This document shows, piece by piece, positions 26,202 to 35,570 of a stretch of 54,886 nucleotides of DNA. Under the pieces are notes generated by a model. That model had not been told where the DNA came from, did not search any database, and saw only the letters and a program-made list of their open reading frames with translations. Numbering within the stretch: position 1 is the first letter of the stretch; every line of letters begins with the position of its first letter. Source of the stretch: an uncultured Mageeibacillus sp. (GTDB taxonomy: Bacteria > Bacillota > Clostridia > Saccharofermentanales > DTU023); contig CAZKLG010000004.1 in NCBI GenBank assembly GCA_964553675.1, positions 1-54,886 of the forward strand, in the 5' to 3' direction. Both the position numbers and the translations under genes were made by a program.

Positions 26202-28856
26202 TTATGATTGGTCCTTTATCAGCTGACGGACGGCTTCCATGGCCTCTTCCACCTTGGCCGGCTCCCGGCCACCTGCCTGGGCCATATCGGCCCGGCCGCC
26301 CCCCTTGCCTCCCGTGATCAGGGCCGCCTGGCGGACCAGGTCTCCGGCCTTGAGGCCTTTGTCGACGGCCCCGGCTCCCAGCATGGACAGCCAGAGGACC
26401 TTGTCTTCCGAGGTGGCCGCCAAAAGAACAACGGCATCCGCCCCCAGGCGGTCCCGGAAACGGTCTCCCGCCTCCCGCAGGCCCTGGGCGTCATAGCCGG
26501 GCAGGACCTGGAGCAGGGTATGGAAGGGCCCGATCACTTCTTCTTTGGCAGTCAGATTATCGACGGATTCGGACAGCTTCTGGCTTTCCAGGCGCTTGAT
26601 CTCCTGGCGGAGGGCACGGATGCCTTCATCCAGGCTGTCAATCTTGGCCATAAGCTCGCCCTTGGGCGCCCGCAGGCGGGCCTCCAGGTCCTTGAGAAGG
26701 CGGGCTTCCTCAGCCGCCTCTTCATGGGCCCGGTGACCGGTGACAGCTTCAATCCGCCGGACACCTGAGGCAATCCCCGCCTCTGACAAAATCCGGAAGA
26801 GGGCGATCTGGCCCGTTGAAGTCAAATGGGTGCCCCCGCAAAGTTCTTTGGACAGATCCCCACAGGAGACCACCCGGACCTGGTCTTCGTATTTTTCGCC
26901 GAAAAGAGCCACGGCGCCCGAGGCCCTGGCCTGGTCAACCGTCATCTCTTGGGTGACAACCGGCAGGTCCTCCAGGATGGCCTGGTTGACAAAATGCTCG
27001 ATGGCTTCCAGGTCTGCCTGGCTGACCGGGCCATCATGCTGGAAATCAAAACGCAGGCGGTCAGGCGAGACAAAGGAACCCTTCTGTGAGGTCTCCTCCC
27101 CCAGAACCGCCTTGAGGCCGGCATGCAGGAGGTGGGTAGCTGTATGGTTTCGGGCCGTGGCCTTTCTTTCCCGGGAGGCCACGGACAAACGGATGCTTTG
27201 CCCTGCCTGGAGATTGCCCTGGTCCACCCTGGCCTCGTGAAGGACCAGGCCATCGCCTGTTTTTTCGGCCTTGACAATGGTGGCCAGGCCCTCTTGACCC
27301 TGGCGGGCCAGCCCCTGGTCTGGACTCTGGCCGCCGCCCAGGGCATAGAAGGGGGTCTCGGCCAGCAGAAGGTAGACTGTCTCCCCCGGCCCGGCTTCCT
27401 GGACCAGGTCCAGGGACTTGCCGTCCTCTGACACCTTGAGCAGGTAGAGGAGCGGGGACTCATTTTCAAGATACTGATAGCCGATAAAGGAAGTGGCTCC
27501 TAAGGACTTGACCTCCTCGGGCAGGGCCAGGCTCCCCCAGGCGGTGGACGTCTTTTCCAGGAAATCTTCCCGGGCCCGGGATCTTTGGACTTCCATGGCT
27601 TCCTCAAAGCCTGCCATATCAACCGTCATCCCCTGCTCGCGGACGATCTCCAGGGTCAGTTCGATGGGAAAACCAAAGGTATCGTGAAGGCGGAAGGCCA
27701 GGTGGCCCGGTAAACGGTCAGAGCCCTTGGCCCGTTCTTCTTCACAGGCCTCATTCAAGAGGGCCAGACCCTGGCGGACAGTCCGGTCAAAGCGCTTCTC
27801 CTCGGTTTCCAAAGTGGCGATGATGGCCTCCCGACGCTGAAGCTCGGGATAATGTTCCACCGACTGCTCGATGGCCACCCTCATGATGGGTGACAGGAAG
27901 GGACGGTCCAGGCCCAGGAGACGACCCTGCCTGGAGGCCCTGCGGATCAGGCGGCGGAGGACATAGCCCCGGCCCTCATTGCCGGGCAGGATACCGTCGG
28001 CGATCATCATCATGGCCGAACGGACATGGTCGGTGATGATCCGGATGGCGATATCATCGGCCTCACTGGCCCCATAGACCCGGGAAGTCTCCTGGCAGAC
28101 CTGATCCAGGATGGCCCGGATGGTATCCACCTCAAACATGGAGCCTACATCCTGGACCATGGCCGCGATCCTTTCCAGACCGGCACCCGTGTCAATATTC
28201 TTCTTGGCCAGGGGCAGATAGGTCCCGTCCTCCTGCTTGTCGAACTGGGTGAAGACCAGGTTCCAGTACTCCATGTAACGGTCGCATTCGCAGCCCACCT
28301 TGCAGTCGGGGCTGCCACAGCCGTATTTTTCACCCCGGTCGAAAAAGAGCTCAGAACAAGGGCCGCAGGGACCGGTACCATGCTCCCAGAAATTCTCCTC
28401 GTCAAAGCGGCTGATCCTGTCGGCCGGTACCCCGGTCTCCAGCCAGAGGTCATAGGCCTCATCATCATCCACATGGACCGTGATATGGATCCGCTCTTCC
28501 GGCAATTCCAGGACATCCAGGGAAAATTCCCAGGCCCAGCGGATGGCCTCCTTCTTGAAGTAGTCGCCAAAGGAAAAGTTACCCAGCATCTCAAAGAAGG
28601 TCCCGTGGCGGCTGGTCCGCCCTACCCTTTCAATATCAGGGGTCCGGATACATTTCTGGCAGCTGGCCACCCGGGGGGAGGGGGGGCGCTCTGCCCCCGT
28701 AAACCAGGGCTTGAGGGGGGTCATGCCGGCATTGATCAAGAGGATGGAGGGGTCATTTTCCGGCACCAGGGAAAAGCTGGGCAGGATAAGATGGTCCCTC
28801 TCCTTGAAAAAGTCCAGGTAAAGGCTGCGTACAGTATTAAGGCTCAGTGCTTTCAC
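26202..28856 (-). CDS. alaS: Alanine--tRNA ligase
   Basis: FEMLGNFSFGDYFK, HTATHLLH, CGGTHL, C-terminal DHHA1-type domain. GTG start with AGGAGA 5 nt upstream. Confidence 0.97.
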   Translation of the reverse strand: MKALSLNTVRSLYLDFFKERDHLILPSFSLVPENDPSILLINAGMTPLKPWFTGAERPPSPRVASCQKCIRTPDIERVGRTSRHGTFFEMLGNFSFGDYFKKEAIRWAWEFSLDVLELPEERIHITVHVDDDEAYDLWLETGVPADRISRFDEENFWEHGTGPCGPCSELFFDRGEKYGCGSPDCKVGCECDRYMEYWNLVFTQFDKQEDGTYLPLAKKNIDTGAGLERIAAMVQDVGSMFEVDTIRAILDQVCQETSRVYGASEADDIAIRIITDHVRSAMMMIADGILPGNEGRGYVLRRLIRRASRQGRLLGLDRPFLSPIMRVAIEQSVEHYPELQRREAIIATLETEEKRFDRTVRQGLALLNEACEEERAKGSDRLPGHLAFRLHDTFGFPIELTLEIVREQGMTVDMAGFEEAMEVQRSRAREDFLEKTSTAWGSLALPEEVKSLGATSFIGYQYLENESPLLYLLKVSEDGKSLDLVQEAGPGETVYLLLAETPFYALGGGQSPDQGLARQGQEGLATIVKAEKTGDGLVLHEARVDQGNLQAGQSIRLSVASRERKATARNHTATHLLHAGLKAVLGEETSQKGSFVSPDRLRFDFQHDGPVSQADLEAIEHFVNQAILEDLPVVTQEMTVDQARASGAVALFGEKYEDQVRVVSCGDLSKELCGGTHLTSTGQIALFRILSEAGIASGVRRIEAVTGHRAHEEAAEEARLLKDLEARLRAPKGELMAKIDSLDEGIRALRQEIKRLESQKLSESVDNLTAKEEVIGPFHTLLQVLPGYDAQGLREAGDRFRDRLGADAVVLLAATSEDKVLWLSMLGAGAVDKGLKAGDLVRQAALITGGKGGGRADMAQAGGREPAKVEEAMEAVRQLIKDQS

Positions 28857-28886
28857 ATTCTTCTCCTTTTAAGGTCTTTTATGAGT

Positions 28887-28912
28887 AAAGGCCCGGATTA
28901 CCGGGCCTTTTT
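28887..28912 (-). terminator. GC hairpin between the LysM gene and alaS (weak or bidirectional terminator)
   Basis: AAAGGCCCGG-ATTA-CCGGGCCTTT. The T-run is better on the plus strand (TTTTTA) than on the minus strand. Confidence 0.45.
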
Positions 28913-28934
28913 ATCATGTCCGTCTGACAGACGG

Positions 28935-30653
28935 TCAGTCGCCCTGCAATTCAGACAGCGGCGGGATTGCGATTTCATTCCCGACGAAGAGATTGTTGAC
29001 GCTCATGCCGTTATACTCGGCCAGCTTCTCACACAGGGTCTCACTTGCCCGGTCATAGTAGCGCATGCAGATGCCCCACCAGGTATCATTGGCAACCACC
29101 ACGTGGATCTTGTCCAGGGTCTCCGTTTCGGTCGGCTCAGGCTCGGTGGTCGTCGGAGGCGTCGTCGGAGGCGGCGGGTCAGTGGGTACCACCAGGGATT
29201 CGGAAACCGGGGGATCGGTCTCCACAGGAGGCTTCTTGCCGCCGAAGATCAGCTTGACCAGGGCGATCACGCAGATGACGATGATGGTGATCAGGATGGC
29301 GTAAAAGACAATACGGCGGGTCCGGTCCGAACCTCTTTGGGGCCGGCGGCCATAGGGCCGTTCGTCTTCATAGTCATCATAGTCACCGTAAAGATCATAG
29401 TCCTGACGGCCTGAATCCAGGTCATCCCCGGTTTCCCAAAGACCATCAGCCGAAGCGTAATCATCATAGGCCGGCATTTGTTGACGGCTGCGTTTTTGTG
29501 CGGCCGTTGAATAGGCAAAGACAGGTAGCTGATCCTCAGATTCGGAGGGAGGAGGCTGACTGAAATAGTCATCATCCTTGAATCTGCCGGGCCTGGCTGC
29601 TGGTTCCTCAAAGGGGTCATAGGCGTCGGGGTCTATATGGGGGACCACCGCTTCAAAGGGCTCGGTGGCTTCACTGACCGGAAGGGGTGGCAGATCCCAG
29701 GCAGGCAGACCCAGGTCTTCCTCTTCCCTGGGGGCATCCCGCCTGCCCCGGTCCATCATATCCTGGCGCTCATAGCGCTGGGTCCTGGCCAGGCCCGGAT
29801 CTTGGGGCGCTTTTTCGGGCAGGACTACCGGTTCCATGGCCTGGGTGGCAAAACGGCCCAAGCTGAACTTGGCGGCCGGTTCATCGGTCTTGAGGGCCTG
29901 GACCTGGGAGACGGCCAGCTGGATGGGCGTACCGGGCATCTGGGAGGCCGCCGCTGTCAGTATCAGGCCGGCAGCATCCATCTGGTCCTCGGCATCGGCC
30001 AGAAGCCGCATGATTTCCCTTTGACCGATGACGTCAAAAAGATCACCGTTACAGAGGAGGAAAAGGTCCCCCTCTTCCACCTGGGCGATATTGGAATAGC
30101 GGATGGCACCGGCTTCACCGGCAATGAAATCCTCAACGCCTTCGACAGGATCCCCGTAAAGGTCAATGGACTCCAGGTCCTTTGAGAGGCCTGTCAGGGG
30201 GTAGAGTACTTCCTGGCGATAGATAAAGGCCAGGCCTTCACCTACCGTCACAGCGGCCAATTCACCATCACGGACGATGACACCGGCAAAATAAGGTGGG
30301 CGGGCCAGGTCATCACCCAGCTTCAGGCCCCCTGTCACATCCAGGGCCGCCTCAGCCAGGTCATTGATATCGCTGTCGATATCACCTGCATCCGAATAAA
30401 CCTGGTCAGACAGTTTTTTCAGGGGCTCCTGCCAGGCGGACAGGCGGTCACGCGCATCCGAGGGATAGGCAAAGACGGAGATAAGAAAACCGCGGCCCTC
30501 CCGGTCCAGGGTCATGTTGGCCGCACGCAATTCCCTTTTCCCCGGGAATTTTCCGTCAAGACAATAAGCGTCCGCCACCCCTTCGACCGGGTAGTAACGG
30601 GCGTTGACCGTCGTCAGTAAGCGTGTCTTGGTTGGCGCCGGTGCCTTAGCCAT
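28935..30653 (-). CDS. Bitopic membrane protein: cytoplasmic PP2C-like (degenerate) domain, acidic/Pro-rich linker, TM segment, Pro/Thr linker, extracellular LysM
   Basis: TM segment IVFYAILITIIVICVIALVKLIF is preceded by RGSDRTRR. The C-terminal LysM is HVVVANDTWWGICMRYY...LAEYNGMSVNNLFVGNEIAIP. The N-terminal blocks FAGVIVRDGELAAVTVGEGLAFIY..LYPLT, EEGDLFLLCNGDLFDVIG and AAASQMPGTPIQLAV parallel the PP2C blocks around GDSR, LLCSDGL and DNIT. Confidence 0.7.
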   Translation of the reverse strand: MAKAPAPTKTRLLTTVNARYYPVEGVADAYCLDGKFPGKRELRAANMTLDREGRGFLISVFAYPSDARDRLSAWQEPLKKLSDQVYSDAGDIDSDINDLAEAALDVTGGLKLGDDLARPPYFAGVIVRDGELAAVTVGEGLAFIYRQEVLYPLTGLSKDLESIDLYGDPVEGVEDFIAGEAGAIRYSNIAQVEEGDLFLLCNGDLFDVIGQREIMRLLADAEDQMDAAGLILTAAASQMPGTPIQLAVSQVQALKTDEPAAKFSLGRFATQAMEPVVLPEKAPQDPGLARTQRYERQDMMDRGRRDAPREEEDLGLPAWDLPPLPVSEATEPFEAVVPHIDPDAYDPFEEPAARPGRFKDDDYFSQPPPSESEDQLPVFAYSTAAQKRSRQQMPAYDDYASADGLWETGDDLDSGRQDYDLYGDYDDYEDERPYGRRPQRGSDRTRRIVFYAILITIIVICVIALVKLIFGGKKPPVETDPPVSESLVVPTDPPPPTTPPTTTEPEPTETETLDKIHVVVANDTWWGICMRYYDRASETLCEKLAEYNGMSVNNLFVGNEIAIPPLSELQGD

Positions 30654-30745
30654 AATCAGCCTCCTCTATCGAAATGGATTGAAAGATCTTCCGCTCCAGC
30701 TTGTTTCTGACAGTTTATCACAAATGGGTCAAATCTGACCCGCCC

Positions 30746-31510
30746 TCAGCCCGGAGGCAGGGGATCAAATCCCCGCTCACCGCATAGAAAGCGGGCATAA
30801 TCAAAATCCTGGGGCAGGGTCAATTTGAAGTTGGCCGGATCCCCCTGGACAGCCCTGACCGGGTAGCCTATACCCAAGAGGAGTTCAAGATCATCGGTCA
30901 CTTGCCGGCCCTGTGTCCGGGCCAGACTGGCGGCCTTGATCAGGACATCCAGGTCCGCTCCCTGGGGTGTTTGCATGGCGGCCAGCCGCTCCCTGGCCAG
31001 GGTCTTGTCAAAGTGGATGCCATCCGCATCCATGAGGCGGACCGTGTCCGGGATGGCCAGGACAGGGCCTGCGCCACAATGATGGCGGCGGATCGTGTCA
31101 AGGAGCCGGCTGATCAGCTCAGGGGGAAGGAAACAGCGGGCTGCGTCATGGATGAGAGCAATGGCCTCTTTCTGCCCAAGCTGGTCCATCCAGGCCCTGG
31201 CAGCCAGAAGTCCCCTGTAGGCGGATTCCTGGCGATTGTCACCCCCCAGGGTCAGGCGGACTCTTTCCTGGTCAAACTTATCGGCCATGATCCGGGCCGC
31301 TTTTTCTTCATCTTTTTTTGACAGGACCAGGACAAGTGAAGCGATCCGGGGATGGCTGAGAAGACTGGAGGCGGCCCTTTCCAGGACGCTGACACCTGCC
31401 AGGGGGAAGAAGATTTTATTGACCTCCTGACCGGACCGGCTTCCCGAACCGGCAGCCAGGAGGATAGCCACCACCCGGGGCTGATCGTGAAGGTCAAGGG
31501 ATCCGGTCAT
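30746..31510 (-). CDS. ispD: 2-C-methyl-D-erythritol 4-phosphate cytidylyltransferase
   Basis: VAILLAAGSGSR...NKIFFPLAG, ALIHDAARCF. ATGA overlap with radA. Confidence 0.9.
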   Translation of the reverse strand: MTGSLDLHDQPRVVAILLAAGSGSRSGQEVNKIFFPLAGVSVLERAASSLLSHPRIASLVLVLSKKDEEKAARIMADKFDQERVRLTLGGDNRQESAYRGLLAARAWMDQLGQKEAIALIHDAARCFLPPELISRLLDTIRRHHCGAGPVLAIPDTVRLMDADGIHFDKTLARERLAAMQTPQGADLDVLIKAASLARTQGRQVTDDLELLLGIGYPVRAVQGDPANFKLTLPQDFDYARFLCGERGFDPLPPG

Positions 31511-32913
31511 GGGCGGCCCTCCTTGGAAAAGATCAGGTCAAAGGCTTCATTGACTTCACTGACATAGAAGACCTGGACCCCCTCCCTGGCCTCAAAGCGG
31601 GACAGCTTATCCTTGGCAGAAGAGGGGAGGATGAAGCGGGTCCAACCCGCCCGGTATGCTTCCTCCAGGGCTTCTGACATCCGGGCAATCCCCCTGATCT
31701 CCCCTGTCAGTCCCACCTCTCCCAAAATAAGGGCCGGGACGGCAATGGCCTGCTCCTTGACCGAAGAGATGAGGGCAGCCAGGACGGCCAGGTCCACCGA
31801 GGTTCCCTTGACTTTGAGACCGCCTGTCACATTGACATAGGCATCCAGGGCGGAAAAATCAATGCCGGTCTTCTTACCTGCCACAGCCATGAGCATGATC
31901 AGTCTGGACCGGTCCAGACCCTGGGCCATGCGGATGGGTGAACCATAGTTGGATTCAACGGTCAGGGCCTGGATTTCCAGGAGCAGGGGCCGGCTGCCCT
32001 CGACCAGGGCGCTGACCACGGAACCGGGGACATTCTTGGGCTTGCCGTCCAAAAAGAGACCCGTCGCCTCCTGGACCGGTATCAGGCCCTTGCCGGTCAT
32101 CTCAAAAATGCCGATTTCATCGGTGGCGGCAAAGCGGTTCTTGACCGAACGGAGGATGCGGAGGACTCCCTCTTTTTCCCCCTCAAAGTAAAGGACTGTA
32201 TCCACCATGTGCTCCAGGACCCGGGGTCCGGCGATGGCCCCTTCCTTGGTGACATGGCCGGTCAGGATGATGCTGGTCCCCAGGGATTTGGCCATACGCA
32301 AAAAGCCCATGCCGGCCTCCCTGACCTGGGCCAGGGAGCCGGGCGCCGAGGGCAGGTCCTCCGAATAGACAGTCTGTATGGAATCGATGATGACCAGCTG
32401 GGGCTGGCGCTCCCGGATGACCCTTTCAATGGCCGACAGGCGGGTGCTGGTCAAAAGGGGTATCTGCTTATCCCCCAGGCCCAGGCGGCGGCTCCTGAGG
32501 CCGATCTGGGCGGCTGATTCCTCACCGCTGACATAGAGGACCTTGTCTGAGGGCAAATTGCCTAAAATGGCCAGGGCCAGGGTGGATTTGCCGATCCCCG
32601 GGTCGCCCCCCAGAAGCATGAGGGAGCCGGCCACCAGGCCGCCGCCCAGGACCCGGTCCAGCTCGGAGATCCCGGTTGAGGTTTTAGGGTCCTGCTGGAC
32701 CTGGAGGCTGGACAAATCCAGGATCTGGGCTTTTTCGTCCAGGTCACTCCCCGTCTCCAGCCAAGAGCCTCCCTTGCCGCCAGCCTTGGGGGCGCTGACT
32801 TCTTTTTGAGCATGGAAGGAATTGTAGTCCCCACAGGAAGGGCAGCGCCCCAGCCAGCCGATGCTTTCGTGACCGCAGGATTCACATACATAGAAGGTCT
32901 TTGCCTTGGCCAT
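31507..32913 (-). CDS. radA: DNA repair protein RadA/Sms
   Basis: Zinc finger YVCESCGHES...CPSCG, Walker A GGDPGIGKST, KNRFAAT motif, Lon-like C-terminal domain. GGGAGGAAAAGG lies upstream of ATG 32913. Confidence 0.95.
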   Translation of the reverse strand: MAKAKTFYVCESCGHESIGWLGRCPSCGDYNSFHAQKEVSAPKAGGKGGSWLETGSDLDEKAQILDLSSLQVQQDPKTSTGISELDRVLGGGLVAGSLMLLGGDPGIGKSTLALAILGNLPSDKVLYVSGEESAAQIGLRSRRLGLGDKQIPLLTSTRLSAIERVIRERQPQLVIIDSIQTVYSEDLPSAPGSLAQVREAGMGFLRMAKSLGTSIILTGHVTKEGAIAGPRVLEHMVDTVLYFEGEKEGVLRILRSVKNRFAATDEIGIFEMTGKGLIPVQEATGLFLDGKPKNVPGSVVSALVEGSRPLLLEIQALTVESNYGSPIRMAQGLDRSRLIMLMAVAGKKTGIDFSALDAYVNVTGGLKVKGTSVDLAVLAALISSVKEQAIAVPALILGEVGLTGEIRGIARMSEALEEAYRAGWTRFILPSSAKDKLSRFEAREGVQVFYVSEVNEAFDLIFSKEGRP

Positions 32914-32971
32914 CCTTTTCCTCCCAAAATCCGGGCCCTGACCCATCAAGCTGGGTTAGCCCGATCATTCG

Positions 32972-33007
32972 TGATAAAATACATAAATCAGTTATATTGA
33001 TTATAAC
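32972..33007 (+). promoter_or_regulatory. Candidate extended -10 promoter (TGaTAAAAT) plus downstream inverted repeat GTTATA-5-TATAAC
   Basis: TG is at 32972-32973 and TAAAAT at 32975-32980. The inverted repeat spans 32991-33007, about 70 nt upstream of the acyl-CoA ligase start. The -35 is poor. Confidence 0.35.
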
Positions 33008-33076
33008 CGAGTCGCTCGTTGTCAGGCGCCCCCCAGGACAGGGACCGGTGCCATCCTTGAGAAAAGGAGGAGGCCT

Positions 33077-34831
33077 ATGTTCACCCAATTCCCCGATCCT
33101 TCCATTGTCGATCCTGCCTTCCAGGCTCACTTTGATATTCCCGACCTGACCATGCACGACCTGGTCGCCCAGATCTGCCAGGAACGGCCCCAGGAGGAGG
33201 CCCTGTCCTTTCTCAATGCCCGCATGTCCTTTGGCCAGCTGGAGGCGGAAATTGACGACTGCAGCCGAGGCCTTCTGGCCCTGGGCTTCAAGGCGGGCGA
33301 CGCCTTTGCCATCTGCCTGCCCAATATCCCTGAAACGGTCATCCTTTTTTATGCGGTCAACCGTCTGGGCGGTATCTGCAATATGATCCACCCCCTGGCC
33401 CCGGCCGCCCAGGTCCTGGAGATCCTCCAGGACACCAAGAGCCGTTTTCTTTCCTTTCCGGATATTTTCCTGGGGCGCCTGGCCCAGGAGATCGAAGCTC
33501 AGCGGGATGAAACTGAGCTGGAAGGCCTGGTCATCGTGCCTATGGGCCGGTCGGCCGATCCCCTCAGCCGCTTTGGTCTCTGGCTGACCAAGGCCAGAAA
33601 GGCCCGCCGCCTCATGCCCAAGTCTCCCCTCTGGCAGATCTGGGATGACATGATCCAAAAAGGTCAGGCCGCCAGCCCTCCCCTGCCCCAGACAAGCCCT
33701 GATCCTGACCGGGTCTCCGTCTATCTTCACAGCGGAGGCACCACGGCAGCCGCCAAGACCATCATGTTGTCCGACCGGAATTTCAATGGCATTGCCTGCC
33801 AGATCTTCACGGCGCTTGGCTTCCCCCTGGACGAACCCCGCCCCTATGGGGAGTCCTTTGTGGCCATCCTGCCTCTTTTTCATGGCTTTGGCCTCTGTAT
33901 CGGCATGCATGCCATGCTGGTCAATGCCGCCGCCTGTATCCTGGTCCCCCAGTTCTCCACCAAGAATCTGGCCAAGATCATCCGCCAGCAAAAACCAAGC
34001 CTCATGGCCGGTGTCCCCACCCTCTTTGAGGCTGTCCTCAATGACCCCATCATGAAAACCGTGGATTTTTCCTGCTTCAGGGCCCTCTTTTGCGGGGGTG
34101 ACTCCTTGACCCCGGAACTCAAGGGCCGCTTTGATGCCTTCCTGGCCCAACACGGGTCCGACTGCCGCCTTCGGGAGGGTTACGGCCTGACCGAGACGGT
34201 CACGGTCTGCAGCCTGACCCACGACGTCTCCTCTGACCGGAGCGGAATCGGGCTCCCCCTCTCCAACATGGAGATGAAAATCATTGATCCCGAGACCAAG
34301 GCACTCATGCCAGACGGAGAAATCGGCGAGATCTGCGTCACGGGTCCGACGGTCATGAAGGGCTATTTACATGAACCTGACCTGACCGCCCAGGCCCTGG
34401 TCCTCCATGAGGACGGCAAGGTATGGGTGGAGACCGGCGACCTGGGCTACCGGGAAGCCGACGGCTTTTATCACTTTACCAGCCGGATCAAGCGGATGAT
34501 CAAGGTCTCCGGTATCCCCGTCTATCCCATGCAGGTGGAAAGCATCATCGCTGAATTGCCTGAGGTTTTGCAGGTGGCTGCCATCGGTGTCCCCCACCCC
34601 TATCAGATGAATGTCATCAAGGTCTTTCTCAAGGTCAAGGAAGGTACCGACAAGGAGGCCCTGGAAGAGGAGATCATCCGGATCACCAAGCGCCAGCTCC
34701 TCCGCTATGCCGTGCCCAGGGAATTTGAGTACCTGGAAGAATTCCCCCTGACCCTGATCGGCAAAATAGACCTCAAGGTCCTGGAGGAAGAGGAAAGACT
34801 TAAAAGAGAAGGGGCAGAAAGCCAGGCTTAG
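33077..34831 (+). CDS. AMP-dependent synthetase/ligase (long-chain fatty-acid--CoA ligase-like)
   Basis: HSGGTTAAAKTIM (P-loop variant of the AMP-binding motif), EGYGLTET, TGDLGYREADGFYHFTSRIKRMIKVSG. AGGAGGAGG RBS. Confidence 0.88.
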   Translation: MFTQFPDPSIVDPAFQAHFDIPDLTMHDLVAQICQERPQEEALSFLNARMSFGQLEAEIDDCSRGLLALGFKAGDAFAICLPNIPETVILFYAVNRLGGICNMIHPLAPAAQVLEILQDTKSRFLSFPDIFLGRLAQEIEAQRDETELEGLVIVPMGRSADPLSRFGLWLTKARKARRLMPKSPLWQIWDDMIQKGQAASPPLPQTSPDPDRVSVYLHSGGTTAAAKTIMLSDRNFNGIACQIFTALGFPLDEPRPYGESFVAILPLFHGFGLCIGMHAMLVNAAACILVPQFSTKNLAKIIRQQKPSLMAGVPTLFEAVLNDPIMKTVDFSCFRALFCGGDSLTPELKGRFDAFLAQHGSDCRLREGYGLTETVTVCSLTHDVSSDRSGIGLPLSNMEMKIIDPETKALMPDGEIGEICVTGPTVMKGYLHEPDLTAQALVLHEDGKVWVETGDLGYREADGFYHFTSRIKRMIKVSGIPVYPMQVESIIAELPEVLQVAAIGVPHPYQMNVIKVFLKVKEGTDKEALEEEIIRITKRQLLRYAVPREFEYLEEFPLTLIGKIDLKVLEEEERLKREGAESQA

Positions 34832-35520
34832 GCTGACTCCAGGCTCTGACGGATGAAGACCGTCATATCATCTGCCTTATGGGCCAGATAGTCCGGTGAC
34901 AGGTCCTCCAGTTTTTGGAGGGGTTGAAAGCCCCAGCTGACTGCGATGGTGGTCATGCCGGCTGCCCGGCCGGTTAAAATATCGATGTCGCTGTCCCCGA
35001 TAAAGAAGGACCTGGCTGGATCCGCATCCAGGCGGGCCAAAAGTGCCAGGGTCGAAGCAGGGTCCGGCTTGAGCGGGACCCCGGGGAGGCTGCCCCGGAT
35101 CTCATCAAAGCGATGGGGTGGAAAGACCTGGGCCAGAACCGCCGGCGACAGCCGGTCGGACTTGTTGGTCATGACAGCCAGCTTGAAGCCCATATCCGCC
35201 AGGATATCCAGACTTTCCTCAATGCCTTCAAAAGCCTCAACCTTGTAGGTGCTGAGCCGGGGAAAGATGTCCCTGTAAATAGCCTGGGCCCGGTCGATCA
35301 GGGCCTGGTCCTCAATACCCGCAGCTGCCATCATCCTGTCAACCAGAACCTTCTGGCCCATGCCGACAAAGGTCCTGACTTCCTCCTCCCCAAAGGGAGG
35401 AAGGCCCAGGCTATCCGTGGTTGCCCGGCAGGCGGCGACCATGGAGGGCATGGTATCAAGGAGGGTCCCGTCCAGATCAAAGACGGCGGCTCTGTGTTTG
35501 GGCTCATGGGTCAGGGGCAT
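34828..35520 (-). CDS. HAD-superfamily phosphatase (phosphoglycolate phosphatase-like)
   Basis: AAVFDLDGTLLDT (motif I), VMTNKS (motif II), IGDSDIDI (motif IV). ATG 35520 has AGGAAAG upstream. The longer ORF runs through tRNA-Ala. Confidence 0.88.
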   Translation of the reverse strand: MPLTHEPKHRAAVFDLDGTLLDTMPSMVAACRATTDSLGLPPFGEEEVRTFVGMGQKVLVDRMMAAAGIEDQALIDRAQAIYRDIFPRLSTYKVEAFEGIEESLDILADMGFKLAVMTNKSDRLSPAVLAQVFPPHRFDEIRGSLPGVPLKPDPASTLALLARLDADPARSFFIGDSDIDILTGRAAGMTTIAVSWGFQPLQKLEDLSPDYLAHKADDMTVFIRQSLESA

Positions 35521-35536
35521 GGCTTTCCTGCTTTCT

Positions 35537-35565
35537 AAAAAAAGTGCCCGCTTGGGCAAGCGGGC
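35537..35565 (-). terminator. Intrinsic terminator after tRNA-Ala
   Basis: Minus strand: GCCCGCTTG-CC-CAAGCGGGC followed by ACTTTTTTT. Confidence 0.8.
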
Positions 35566-35570
35566 CTTTC

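Noticed and set aside
28857-28934. Possible T-box riboswitch upstream of alaS
   Set aside because: Only 78 nt are available. There is no specifier loop or T-box consensus, and the hairpins are simple palindromes.
28026-29414. 462-aa ORF on the plus strand containing an RRRRRRRR run
   Set aside because: It is antisense to alaS and to the LysM gene and crosses their intergenic terminator. The composition is a low-complexity artefact.
32882-34222. 446-aa ORF on the minus strand
   Set aside because: It is entirely antisense to the well-supported acyl-CoA ligase gene and overlaps radA's start region. Its composition is Gly/Ala/Arg/Pro-rich, as expected for stop-free antisense frames in GC-rich DNA, and it has no recognisable motifs.
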